Source of the DNA: Octopus vulgaris
Taxonomy: Eukaryota
Direction: 5' to 3'
Assembly: GCA_951406725.2 (NCBI GenBank)
Contig: OX597823.1
Location: 13,454,001 to 13,518,000, forward strand
DNA length: 64,000 nt
Below are positions 26,150 through 38,855 of this stretch, in pieces. A model generated the notes under the pieces. That model was given only the letters and a program-made list of their open reading frames with translations. It did not search any database and was not told the origin of the DNA. Position 1 is the stretch's first letter. The number at the start of each line of letters is the position of its first letter. A program made the position numbers and the translations under genes.

Positions 26150-27226
26150 TACATACATACATAAATACATACATACATACCTACAAACATACATACATAC
26201 ATACATACATACATACATACATACATACATTGTGGCTGCCCCCTCGTTATGGAGTATGGCCATTGCACGAAGCTTAACTGTTACTGGTGCTGTGATCGAA
26301 TGTGACTTTTTAGCCCAGCTAAAGATCTACAATGTCTTGTACAGAATTGGCAACTAAAACCTTTACTGGTAATAGCCGGCTGTAGTTGTAACTGGGCTTC
26401 ATGTACCTTTGCATGTCGTTTAAGTCCTGCTGCCGAATTACACTCTCTTTCACATGCCCGACAGATATGATTAGTATGGTGTGTTACACCACCACCAGTG
26501 GTCAGGTTGTCACTCATCTGTCTCGTTTTATGACTACGAAGATGATTCATGAGTCTAGCTTTACTGAGGCAGGGTCTTGCACAGACATTGCATGTCAGAA
26601 TCAAAGGAAGATCCTTCCCTTCTGGAAGTGTAACAGCGATGCCCTTCCTGACATACCTCCTTACTTTCTCATGTGCAACTCGAGATTTCTCAAACGTGGC
26701 TGTCCCCTCATGCACAATCCTTCTGCACCTACTACGATCAATAGCTATGCCTTCCCATGTGTCAGGAGAGATGCAAGCATCTCTTAAGGAAGCCTTCAGC
26801 AAGTCCTAATACCTCTTTTTTGGTTTATGTGGAGGTCGTTCTCCTTTAGCTAACTCTCCATAAAAGAGTTATTTTGGAATCCTTGAATCCTTAATTCTGA
26901 CCAGATGACCACTCCATCTGAGCCTTTGCTTCTATACTAGAGCTCCTATACTTTCACACCGAGAGCCTTCGAGTACTTCAAGATCACTGATGCGGTCATT
27001 CCACTTAATGCCATAGATCCGTCTGAGGCACATCTGATGGAAACGTTCCAATTGTTTAAGGTGGTATCGATATGTGACCCACGTCTCGCAGGCATAGAGA
27101 AGAGAAGGGAGCACACATGTACACCTTTATCTTTGTCTTTCTGCATTTGTCTCGCCGACTCCAGAGGCTCTTTTCTAGCCTTCCGAAAGCAACGCTTGCT
27201 TTCCTAAATCTATATGGAATTTCATC
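26150..27226 (-). mobile_element. 5'-truncated RTE LINE with three C-terminal C2H2 fingers and (TATG)n tail
   Basis: ORFs 26932-27114 (LLYACETW) and 26281-26802; near-identical to 43697-44762. Confidence 0.92.
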
Positions 27227-27304
27227 ATACATACATACATGCATACATACATACATACATACATATATACATACATACATACATACATACATACATACAT
27301 ACAT

Positions 27305-27681
27305 AATGGCATTCCCTCGGTTACGACGACGGGGGCTCCTGTTGATCCGATCAACGGAACAGCCTGCTCGTGAAATTAACGTGTAAGTGGCTGAGCACTC
27401 CACACGTGTACCCTTAACGTAGTTCTCGAGGAGATTCAGCGCGACACAGAGTGTGACAAGGCTGGCCCTTTGAAATATAGGTACAACAGAAACAGGAAGA
27501 AAGAGTGAGAGAAATTCGTGGTGAAAGAGTACAGCAGGGATCACCACCATCCCCTGCCGGAGCGTCGTGGAGCTTTAGGTGTTTTCGCTCAATAAACACT
27601 CACAACGCCCGGGCTGAGAATCGAAACCGCGATCCTACAACCGCGAGTCCGCTGCCCTAACCACTGGCTCATTGCGCCTCC
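27305..27681 (-). mobile_element. SINE family C
   Basis: Homolog of 6266-6650; followed by (TATG)n tail. Confidence 0.9.
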
Positions 27682-27730
<49 letters not shown>

Positions 27731-29559
27731 TACATACATACATACATACATACATACATACATACATACATACATACATTCATACATACATGCATACATA
27801 CATACATACATACATACGTACGTACGTACGTACATACATACATACATACATACATACATACATACATACATACATACATACATACATACATACATACATA
27901 CATACATACATACATACATACATACGTAAATACATACGTACATATGTGAGTGAGTGTTTTAGTAAACCCAAATATTTTCATGGAACCTGACAATATCAAA
28001 CGAATTGACATCTGATGAACTACGCGGCATTGTTCATCTAATTTGAGTGAACGAGAGATTGAATAAACCGAATTTTCACTCCTAAAATATGGACTGCGTT
28101 ATATTTTCATCCCTTTGTACACACATGAGCGCAAATATACACGTATATACAAATATTTACACGCAAATTGCTGATACGGTATGGATATTTTGTTCAAACC
28201 AGTATGTTACTACAGAATATAGCTACACATTTTAGCCAATATTTTCTGTAAATACCTTGTTTTATAGTATTCCTTGTCTTCATAGACAGACAAAGAAAAA
28301 AGAGTTAAAATCCAAACTAGTATTTGTTCTGTGAAGAGATTTTATGACCAACTGAAAATTCTCTTTAACTGCCTACACAGACACTACTTATATTTTAATA
28401 CTACTGAGGACATAACTAAACTGGATAGAATAATTTGTACATATAACACATTTTCCGCAGTCGTATCGATATATAATTACTGGTGCGTTTACAGTAATTT
28501 CTGAAAGCTATAATTTACTACATAACCATAGATTTTAGTCGATATTTTATAAAAATGACTAGGAGAAACGCCTTGTCCACTAAGTGGACAGACAAAAAAA
28601 AAAAACACATCAACTGGATTATTTTGAATCCTGTATTGCGAATTCCTCGACGACTGAAAACTATATGTGACAATTTATAGATACACTGTTTAAAATATCT
28701 TCCACTAAGAACAGCCGAAGCCAATTGATTAGAAAATTTTGTCAACTTATTCTAATATTTTGCTAAATTTTGAAATATTTTCTCATAACTTCATTTGTCA
28801 TTTTTGTGTTATGATAAAAGTAGGTTGTACTCGAATGAAATTGTACCGAATACAGGATGCATAAATATCCATTCAGACAAAGGTTCTAAATAATCCAAAT
28901 ATATAAGAAAACATGGACAGAAATATTTTAATCGAGTCGTGAAGGTGTCCTAAGGAACGCCATTAATCAATGATTTGTGGTTGATCTGGATGTTATTTCT
29001 AACAGATTAAGCGATCATGTATAAGTTTCCTAAGATTATACACTCTGAAGGTGTATAGTCTTATAGTCTTATAGACTTATAGCGATAGTTCAAGAAGCAG
29101 TTTTGTAAAAGTTACGAGAGCTACAACGTTATTGTTTCAATTCCTACTCGACATCAATTTCCTTTTCTTACACTGCTATAATTTCTTTTGGGCATATTCA
29201 TAAAGGGAATAAACATTAGAACACTTCTCTTAAAATACAGGATTTTATTTCAAATAATATTTGGTGAGAAATATGAAGGTGATGAGCTGGCAGAATCATT
29301 AGAACGCCAGAAAATATGCCTAGCAGCATCCAGTCCTTCTGAGTATTCTGAGTTCAAATGCCACTGAGGTCAACTTTGCCTTTTGGGGGGTGGGGGACGA
29401 TAAAACAAGTACCAGTTGAACAGAAGGTTCAATGTTATCGATCTATCCCCTACCCCAAAATTGCAGGCCTTGTGCCAACATTTGAAATCAATATTTCGTT
29501 TTGGGATTTTCTTTGCAAGATTCTTCATAAGAGTTCGTGTGTTGAAGCATATTCTGTTG

Positions 29560-29755
29560 TTTCTGGGGAGAATCATTTTCATTTTGTGCCTTATAATTTA
29601 ACACATTCACCGGTAAAATTTCGACTTACTTCTTATTTTTATTTTCCTAAAATTTTAGTTGCCCCTTGCAACCTTTTCAATAATCTTGACTATAGTCAAG
29701 GCTATTGAAAAGGTTGCAAGACGCAACAAAAATTTTAGGAAATTAAGAAATAAAT
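29560..29755. repeat. H3 Penelope-like palindrome
   Basis: Arms centred on cttgactatagtcaag (29686-29701); homologous to 3720-3840. Confidence 0.65.
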
Positions 29756-29815
29756 TTGAAATCAATGTTTGGTAAGAAATAAATACAATTTATCGAATTT
29801 GAAATAGTATAATAC

Positions 29816-30048
29816 CTATTTCTTTACTACCCACAAGGGGCTAAACACAGAGAGGACAAACAAGGACAGACAAACGGTTTAAGTTGATTATATCGGCCCC
29901 AGCGCGTAACTGGTACTTATTTAATCGACCCCGAAAGGATGAAAGGCAAAGTCGACCTCGGCGGAATTTGAACTCAGAACGTAGCAGCAGACGAAATACT
30001 GCAAAGCATTGCCGCACTACATGCTATCGTTTCTGCCAGCTCGCCGCC
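29816..30048 (-). mobile_element. SINE family B
   Basis: Homology to other B copies. Confidence 0.88.
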
Positions 30049-30624
30049 TTATTTTATTTTATTTTATTTTATTTTTTTTATAATAATACCAGGATTGGTA
30101 ACTGCGCTCGTTTACTACCCATATTAACCTTGATCGAATAGGTCTTTGATTGGAAACTTTCCTCTCTCAATCATATTTATTCAGATTTTGTGTATCGAAG
30201 AAGATCTACGACCGCATTATGGGATTTGATATTCGTGTTTCATGAAAAAAATGTGTCAGATATCTCTCGCAATTTGTCAACCTCAACATTAGTTACTGCA
30301 TTTGGCTTTTATATTACTTGTAGCCACGGCCTCACGTTTAAGTGCATTTAATCTCAGATCTGTCAAATATTTTGCTGGTGACAGCGGACCACAATGTTCA
30401 GCATGACACTGCACTCTCTGTATCAATAGACTTCAGTATTATATATTTTTTTTAAAATCACCATCAACCTCAATGTACGAATACATACAAATATACGAGG
30501 ATATATCAACAATGATACACATGGGTGCACACAAATATACACAAGAGATGCGTTTAAATATCCACATACTTTCACACACACACACACAAACACACATTGA
30601 TTTATATATATGTGTGTATATGTA

Positions 30625-30738
<114 letters not shown>

Positions 30739-30843
30739 TGAATGAATTATCCTATGTTTATCGTCAGCATGGAAAATTCGAAACATGTGTCAAGAGTAAA
30801 GGAATTTTGTTAACATCTTCGTTCGACTCCATTCTTTCATTTA

Positions 30844-30888
<45 letters not shown>

Positions 30889-30904
30889 ATATGTATATAT
30901 ATAC

Positions 30905-31080
30905 ATATATAGTGAGAATTCAGGAAAAAAACAAGACACAACGACGGGTGTTTAAACAAACAAATGTATTAGTTTAACGCTTGGAAAGTGAGAAAATCTA
31001 TTACATTTCGAGCTTACGCTCTTCGACAGGAAGGAACACAGAAATAAACAGGGAGAGAAAATATAGAAAAAGGTTTAGTT
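30905..31080 (-). mobile_element. H2 Penelope-like repeat adjacent to (TA)n
   Basis: Minus strand CTGTCGA-a-GAGC-gtaa-GCTC-GAAAT-GTA at 31000-31032. Confidence 0.6.
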
Positions 31081-31390
31081 GCACGCGTTGTATTAATCCC
31101 ATGGACATTTTGAAAACTACATATAAACCTGGCTTCCGCTTTATTTGAATTCAATATTTAGAATAATAAGCGTAGAATTTAGATCTACCCCACTTTGGGC
31201 GAGAGACGTGGTATTCAGGCTCACCTTCTACTCTCTCTCTTGCACTACCTTTTGCACCTTCCCTTCCCCTCTCTCTATCTCTCTTTCTTTCTCTCACATG
31301 TCTTGAGAAGAAGAAGAAGAAGAAGAAGAAGAAGACAGGTAACTAGAAATAGCTAAAAAACCTAGATCCTAGAGAATAAAAAGTAGGGGG

Positions 31391-31462
<72 letters not shown>

Positions 31463-31982
31463 GTAGCAGTAGTAGTAGTAGTAATAGTAGTATTAGTAAA
31501 AGGAGGTTGATGAAAAAGGAAAAAGGATGATGAATATATTATCCTCCAGATTTTTGAGGAGGATCGCCATTAATTGAACCCATTAGCGATAGTAAGGCCC
31601 TTGTTTAGAAACACGATATCTAATCCCTCCCCACCATCTATCATTCGGATTCACAATTTGCACATGTGATCACAAGAACAAGTAAACACCTGCGGTTTTT
31701 TTTTGAAATTTTGCAAAACTCGGAAAATATCTTCGAACATTCTTTGAGGGTGGAGGAAGTAAAGAGTGATAAAAATGTAAAAATATTCAGCAAATAAACT
31801 AGAAAACGTAATGTAAAATGGCGTCGATAATTTAACGAAAAGAACTTAAACATAAAACCAACAAAAAATACGTAAGCGGATGTAAAATATACTGTTATTG
31901 TTTACATGTCATTTAACGGCTGAAAGCTTTATACATCACCTCTGGAGTAAACTAGTAACGCGGTGTGTGTGTGTGTGTGTGT

Positions 31983-32029
<47 letters not shown>

Positions 32030-32431
32030 TATGTTATACTCCGACTATTTATAGAAAGCCAAGCCATGTCCGTGTATTCATTCAACTTTGCTTGTGAGTA
32101 ATGCCGCCAACGCAAGTTTTCCACATTTGCATATATTGCTACAAGAACGACATGCTATATAACTACTGTTGAAGGGAGATTACCTTTTTTAATGGACTAA
32201 ACTGGAAGAAAGTGAGAGAGAGAGAGGGAGAGAGAAATAAAGAAACTGAGTAAGTGGGCTTTATGTGGTCTCATCCAGCTAGAAATAGCTTTCAAAGTAC
32301 TTTTATATCGACACAGTTTTTTGTTTTTTTTGAAATGACGAATGAACACATTGGAATGACTTGGATAAACGCTCTACTTGATAAGAACCAAGTTGGGGTT
32401 AAATAAGGAAAGCATTATATATATATATAAT

Positions 32432-32812
32432 AGGCGCAGGAGTGGCTGAGTGGTAAGTAGCTTGCTAACCAACCACATGGTTCCGGGTTCAGTCCCACTG
32501 CGTGGCATCTTGGGCAAGTGTCTTCTGCTATAGCCCCGGGCCGACCAATGCCTTGTGAGTGGATTTGGTAGACGGAAACGGAAAGAAGCCTGTCGTATAT
32601 ATGTATGTATGTGTGTGTGTTTGTGTTTGTCCCCACCATCGGAGTGTTTACGTCCCCGTCACTTAGCGGTTCGGCAAAAGAGACCGATAGAATAAGTACT
32701 GGGCTTACAAAAAGAATAAGTCCTGGGGTCGATTTGCTCGATTAAAGGCGGTGCTCCAGCATGGCCGCAGTCAAATGACTGAAACAAGTAAAAGAGTAAA
32801 AGAGTAAAGAGT
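32432..32812 (+). mobile_element. SINE family A
   Basis: tRNA-like head to (AAAAGAGT)n tail. Confidence 0.9.
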
Positions 32813-32949
32813 ATATATATATATATATATATAAAGGGTATATATATATATACTAATACAGGGTAACATTAATTAATCAATTTATAATTGATAATCTTAC
32901 CAAGTAGTTCGGTATGTTAAAAGAACCTTTATCGGTAAACTTATACAAA

Positions 32950-33232
32950 AATTATTATAATCATAAACATATTTATAATTAGGGCTTAGAAAATTGCTTC
33001 ACCACATACTGAAATTTAAAGATACAAGTTAAATACTAATCTACTACTGTAAGATATCTCCCAGACAACAATATTCTAAAATCTTTGCCTGTGTGAATTG
33101 AGAATATTGCTGTCTGGGAGATAGCTTATAGTAGTAGAATAATATTTAACTGCTATTTCTAAATTTCGGTATGTAGTGAAGCAATTTTGCTCAGCCCTAA
33201 TTATAATTATGTTTATAATTATAATAATTTAC
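32950..33232. repeat. ~280-bp imperfect palindrome
   Basis: tagggcttagaaaattgcttcac..tctcccagacaacaatattct mirrored by agaatattgctgtctgggaga..gtgaagcaattttgctcagcccta; related sequence at 53540-53700. Confidence 0.8.
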
Positions 33233-33681
33233 ATATATATATAAACGAGGTAGTGTTCTTTCTTATAATCAATTAAATTTGCAAAACTATAATTTTTCAA
33301 ATCTGTCAGAATACCATTTCTCCTGAAATTTACCAAATACCAGTGAAAATAAGTATCGATCTGTCTGAAACTGATGAAAAACGAGAAAATATACATTTAG
33401 CAAAATAAAAGTAATTCATTAACTACACCGTTGTTGTTTGTGATGTTACTATTGTTTTTTTTTAATTATCAAGTATTCTTAGATTGAGAAAACTTATGGT
33501 ATTTTTCAAATACCATTTTCAGCATGAGAATACCACGGTTGCTATTCTTTTCTATAAGACGGCAGGGTAGGAGTTGAGATTTGTCTGATATTTCTCAGTA
33601 AATTAGCGATACAAAAGGTGCTACCCTCTATCGAGGTTTCAGACTCTTTGATTAGGATCTACCTTGTGTATTTCTAAGCAA

Positions 33682-34100
33682 TACTCTTTACTCTTTTACT
33701 CTTTTACTTGTTTCAGTCATTTGACTGCGGCCATGATGGAGCACCGCCTTTTAGTCGAGCAAATCTACCCCGGGACTTATTCTTTGTAAGCCCAGTACTT
33801 ATTCTATCGGTCTCTTTTGCCGAACAGCTAAGTGACGGGGACGTAAACACACCAGCATAGGTTGTCAAGCAATGCTAGGGGAACAAACACAGACACACAA
33901 ACACATACACACACACACAATATATATACATATATACGACAGGCTTCTTTCAGTTTCCGTCTACCAAATCCATTCACAAGGCATTGGTCGGCCCGGGGCT
34001 ATAGCAGAAGACACCTGCCCAAGATGCCACGCAGTGGGTCTGAACCCGGAACCATGTGGTTGGTTAGCAAGCTACTTACCACACAGCCACTCCTGCGCCT
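33682..34100 (-). mobile_element. SINE family A
   Basis: Full length. Confidence 0.9.
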
Positions 34101-34292
34101 ATATGGTATTTTTTTTTAGTTTTTTGTTTTTTACAGAAGTAATATAAAAGTAATTTCATTTAATCGAGACAGCTAATTATTTAGTAGGATCATCCATATT
34201 AAAAAGACTTCTAGATAAGTCAGTATTAGCACATTTTATGTATAGGACATTAAAAGCCGAATTACAAATTTATATGTAGTAAAAAAAAACAA

Positions 34293-34709
34293 GACGCAGG
34301 AGTGGCTGTGTGGTAAGTAGCTTGCTAACCAACCACATGGTTCCGGGTTCAGTCCCACTGCGTGGCATCTTGGGCAGGTGTCTTCTGCTATAGCCCCGGG
34401 CCGACCAATGCCTTGTGGGTGGATTTGGTAGACGGAAACTGAAAGAAACCTGTCGTATATATGTATATATTTATATATATATATGTATGTGTGTGTGTTT
34501 GTGTGTCTGTGTTTGTCCCCCTAGCATTGCTTGACAACCGATGCTGGTGTGTTTACGTCCCCATCACTTAGCGGTTCGGCAAAAAGAGACCGATAGAATA
34601 AGTACTGGGCTTACAAAGAATAAGTCCCGGGGTCGATTTGCTCGACTAAAGGCGGTGCTCCAGCATGGTCGCAGTCAAATGACTGAAACAAGTAAAAGAG
34701 TAAAGAGTA
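34293..34709 (+). mobile_element. SINE family A
   Basis: Full length, inverted relative to 33682-34100. Confidence 0.9.
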
Positions 34710-35277
34710 ATCGTGTTGTCAATGTGTAATACTGTGTCCTCTTCACCTGGTTTAAGAATGCTATCTGTCATACAAAATCGTCCTGGGATGCACTCTAGTG
34801 CAAGGATGTACAACTCTCCAAACTCCTTACTTACAAATTCAGGTGCCCTAAAGAATATGAAATATGCAAGAGGTTAAACACGTCACAAATAGTTCTATTG
34901 CTTGTGGTTTTAATAATTGAAAGAGTTATAGGTCTGAACGACTTCCAACAGTTAAGCAATGTCAGAAGAAACAATGGGTGATATGTTCTTGCGTATGGGA
35001 GTGAGTAAAGTCAGTGGTCAAGCAGAATCTTTGGTGCACTGGATAGAATGCCTAACGGCATTTCTTGATATCTTCTTCGCCTTTCGTCTTTGGCATCGAT
35101 GAAATAGGCACCAGTTAAGCGCTGACGTCGGTGTTATTCCCACTCCCCACAAAATTTCAGGCCTTGTAACGTTAGTAGAACACAGGCACAGGCACACACT
35201 CAAAGATACACACACTCACACTCGCACACTCACACTCACACACACACACACACACATACACACACACCCACACGCAT

Positions 35278-35310
<33 letters not shown>

Positions 35311-35540
35311 CATACGTATATACTGCCGATATGCGAGCATGCTTCACGCGATAGATTGGGGTTCATCTTTGAACGATTTTCTTTGTCATATAAATGTATA
35401 GACTCGATTAGTGTATATGTACACTGGGGTATGTTTTGTTTGCGCGTATTTTAAGCACGTTGCATGCATATATATGTGTATATGCATATTTATGGACAGA
35501 CAGACAGACAGACTGACTGATAGATAGATAGATAGATAGT

Positions 35541-35583
<43 letters not shown>

Positions 35584-35584
35584 T

Positions 35585-35646
<62 letters not shown>

Positions 35647-35666
35647 TATAGATAGATAGATAGATA

Positions 35667-36324
35667 AGTTTCTTTATTGGCCACACAGGGCTGCACACAG
35701 ATTGGACAAATTATAAGGTAGAGCTTTTCTTTTGGGGGAGAAAAAAAAAGGCTGGCGTAGGTTTACGATTAAAAGGGATCGTAAAAGGGAAAAAAGAACA
35801 AAAAAAAGAAAGAAAGAAAAACAAAAAAAGGAAAAGAAAAAAAGAAAAAAAGAAAAAAGAAAAAGAAAAAAGAAAAAAGGGAAAAAAAGAAAAGAAAAAT
35901 GAAAAAAGAAGAAAAAAGAGGAAAAAAGGGGGAGAGGGAAAAAAAACGATCAATAGTGATCGTGTATCACAGTGTCATGATGTATAGTGTAAAGGGGAAA
36001 TCAAGTAAGGTTTATCCGTGGGAAGAAAAGCCTACGAAAAAGACCACGGTAACCTTGGTCAATATTGTTATATGTTACCACATTTGTTTGCAAGTGGGTA
36101 ACCCTCTGTTTTCAATTTCTGGCTTCATAGGATTATGCTCAAGGTGGCTTCGTCATTCATACGTGCCAGATAGATAGATGGATGGATAGACGGACGGACG
36201 GACGGACGGATGGACGGATGGACGGATGGATGGATGGATAGATAGATGGATAGATGGATGGATGGATGGATGGATGGATGGATGGATAGATAGAGAGATA
36301 GATAGATGGATGGATGGATGGATG

Positions 36325-36393
<69 letters not shown>

Positions 36394-36824
36394 GTATGTG
36401 AACGTGGAAATGTTTGAATTTAAAGTGGGTGGAAGACAATGCTGAAGGCCTGCGTTATTGCGAATGTAGCTTTGTATGTGTGCGTAAATATGTGTGTGTT
36501 TTATTGTTGTTTGGGTCTGCGAATGATGTGTGACAATTTCATTTATTATTATGTAAATGTGCCAATAAATGATAATGGCTCGCAAGTCGTTCAGTAAACT
36601 GGTGCTCAGTAAATCAGTGCTCCATTAATCAGTGTTTCTTAATGGGCCACTTAAATGATATCCAGGTCGACCCGGGACGGCAGAGTTGCTTGAGAGCAAC
36701 GCGACATGCCATTCGCCCTTCCTCGGCCTCTTTTTGATCCACGACTGCAGTTCGGTCATGGAGACGAGTTGCGGGAAAGCGTGCCTCACAAACGGCGACC
36801 ACACCTGTCCACTGTGTGCAAACC

Positions 36825-36878
<54 letters not shown>

Positions 36879-38030
36879 GGATAGATAGATAGATAGATAG
36901 ATAGATAAGCTTATTGGCCTAACACAGGCTCAAGGATGACAAGTTACAATATCTATCTATCTATCTTTAAAAAAAACAAAAAACAAAAACATTTTCGATA
37001 AAGAATCTAAAAGGGAGAAAAGCAAAATATAAATAAAAAAAGCTGAAAACAAAGGAACATGAAAGAAATGAAAAAAGTGGAAAAAACAATACACTAAGGT
37101 TACCGTGGTGTAAAAGGTTTCTTCCAGGGGAAAACCTACGAAAAAGACCACGGTAAATCACTTGTCGTTTTTTCCTCATTTTTTCCTCTTTTTTCTTTTC
37201 CCCTCTGCTTTCTTTCTGGGTTCATAGGATTATTTCTCAAGGTGCTTCGTCATTCATACGTGCCATCCTTTTCATTCACCCATCTTTTTCTTAAAACATT
37301 CACTAGAAACTTGCCTCTCTACTCTCACTTTCCTTTTCAAGTGGTACTTGAAGAAGTTGATCAGAGATTAACCAATGTTTGTCTCCAATCCTTTCAGACG
37401 CGTCCACCAGATACATTCTTTCGCCATAGCCACAAGTATGATAACAAATAGCTCTCCCTTCCGTGACATATGCGATAGAAAATCGTTAAAAGATGGACCC
37501 CAACACGCATGTACACTACAGCAGTCCTCACAGTGAAGCAGTGTCTGTGACTGACACGAGTGGGTGTTTCTCGTGTGTGTGAAAGTGGTGCAGAGGTCGG
37601 GATCTCGAGTGTGTGCCTGTGCCGGCCGAGCTTATCCCCAACTTTGTAGCACCGCCAGGATCCTCATCGACGCCAAAGCAAGGACCGTATAATGCCTTCC
37701 ATTAATACCAGATTCTCGTTGACTCCCACTCCCATAGACATGCTTGGCCCTTGACTTGCAACGTTGATGCGACCTATAACCCCATTATTCCTCGGCCGCT
37801 TTGATACGACTGTAGTTCGGTCATGAGAGTAGAGAGTTGCGGGAAAGCGTGCCTCACAAACGGCGACTACACCAGTTCACCGACGTCTACATAGAGCCAG
37901 AGATGTCGCAGTCTCAGCGCGTGTCTGCGCATCATCAACCACGCAACAGCCCTCCTTTTAACGGGTGTTGACAGCAAATGGATCGCCTGACCATCGGGAC
38001 GCATCCTTTCCACAAGAAGCAAATGCGTTG
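35667..38030 (-). mobile_element. L1/Tx1-like LINE fragments (3' ends at 35667-36168 and 36908-37450; coding pieces at 36630-36815 and 37700-38030) among (GATA)n
   Basis: Minus-strand FLWKGCVPMVRRSICCQHPLKGG, MMRRHALRLRHLW, VAMAKECIWWTRLKG; both 3' ends abut (CTAT)n. Confidence 0.65.
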
Positions 38031-38764
38031 TAGTTTGGTGATGGTAGGGTCAGTACTTATTCATCGGTAGTAGATGATGGACGCGACGTACATGTTCGCC
38101 ACCTCCGTCCGAACATTTAGGACAAACAAGACCACTCACACACACACATATATATATATATAATATATACATATATATCAGTCCTTCTCCATTTGGAGGT
38201 CGGGTATAGCATGGGTGACTGCCGGTCATCCATAAACAAACTTGCCCGGATATGTAACTTGGTGGGGAAGCTACTTTTACAATCTCCTGGTCAATCATTA
38301 CAAAAGAGGATCTATACATAAAATGTGCACTACCCTACTCCTTTCTTAGATCTCCCTTATCCCCTAGCATGACACTGACCCAACACAGGACTTGTAGTTA
38401 TCCTGCATGGCAAGTCATTGGCTAGTATGATAAAAACACTGAGCCCATGCTGTGAATTGGTTGGTGTTTGGAAGCCTAACTACAAATAGGAGACCAAACT
38501 GACATTTATATATATATATATATATATATAATATGTATGTGTGTGTGTGTATGTGTGTGTGTGTGTCTGTGTTTGTTTCCCCACAACATCGCTTGATAAC
38601 CGATGCCGGTGTGTTTACGACCCCGTTACTTAGCGTTTCGGCAAAAACGATTGAATAAGTAATAGGCTTACAAAAATTAACTACTGCGGTCGGTTTGCCT
38701 GTCCAAATGCGGTACTGCAGCATGGCAACAGTCAAATGACTGAAACAAGTAAAGCAATAAAGAC

Positions 38765-38855
<91 letters not shown>

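Noticed and set aside
26281-26802. C2H2 zinc-finger host gene
   Set aside because: Contiguous with RTE ORF2 and followed by the LINE 3'UTR and tail
32895-32945. Hammerhead in the palindromic family (also 53627-53672, 8332-8388, 8745-8785)
   Set aside because: Stem I/II-like pairings visible but core nucleotides deviate at several positions
35780-35950. Lys-rich/Phe-rich ORFs
   Set aside because: Polypurine tract inside a LINE 3'UTR
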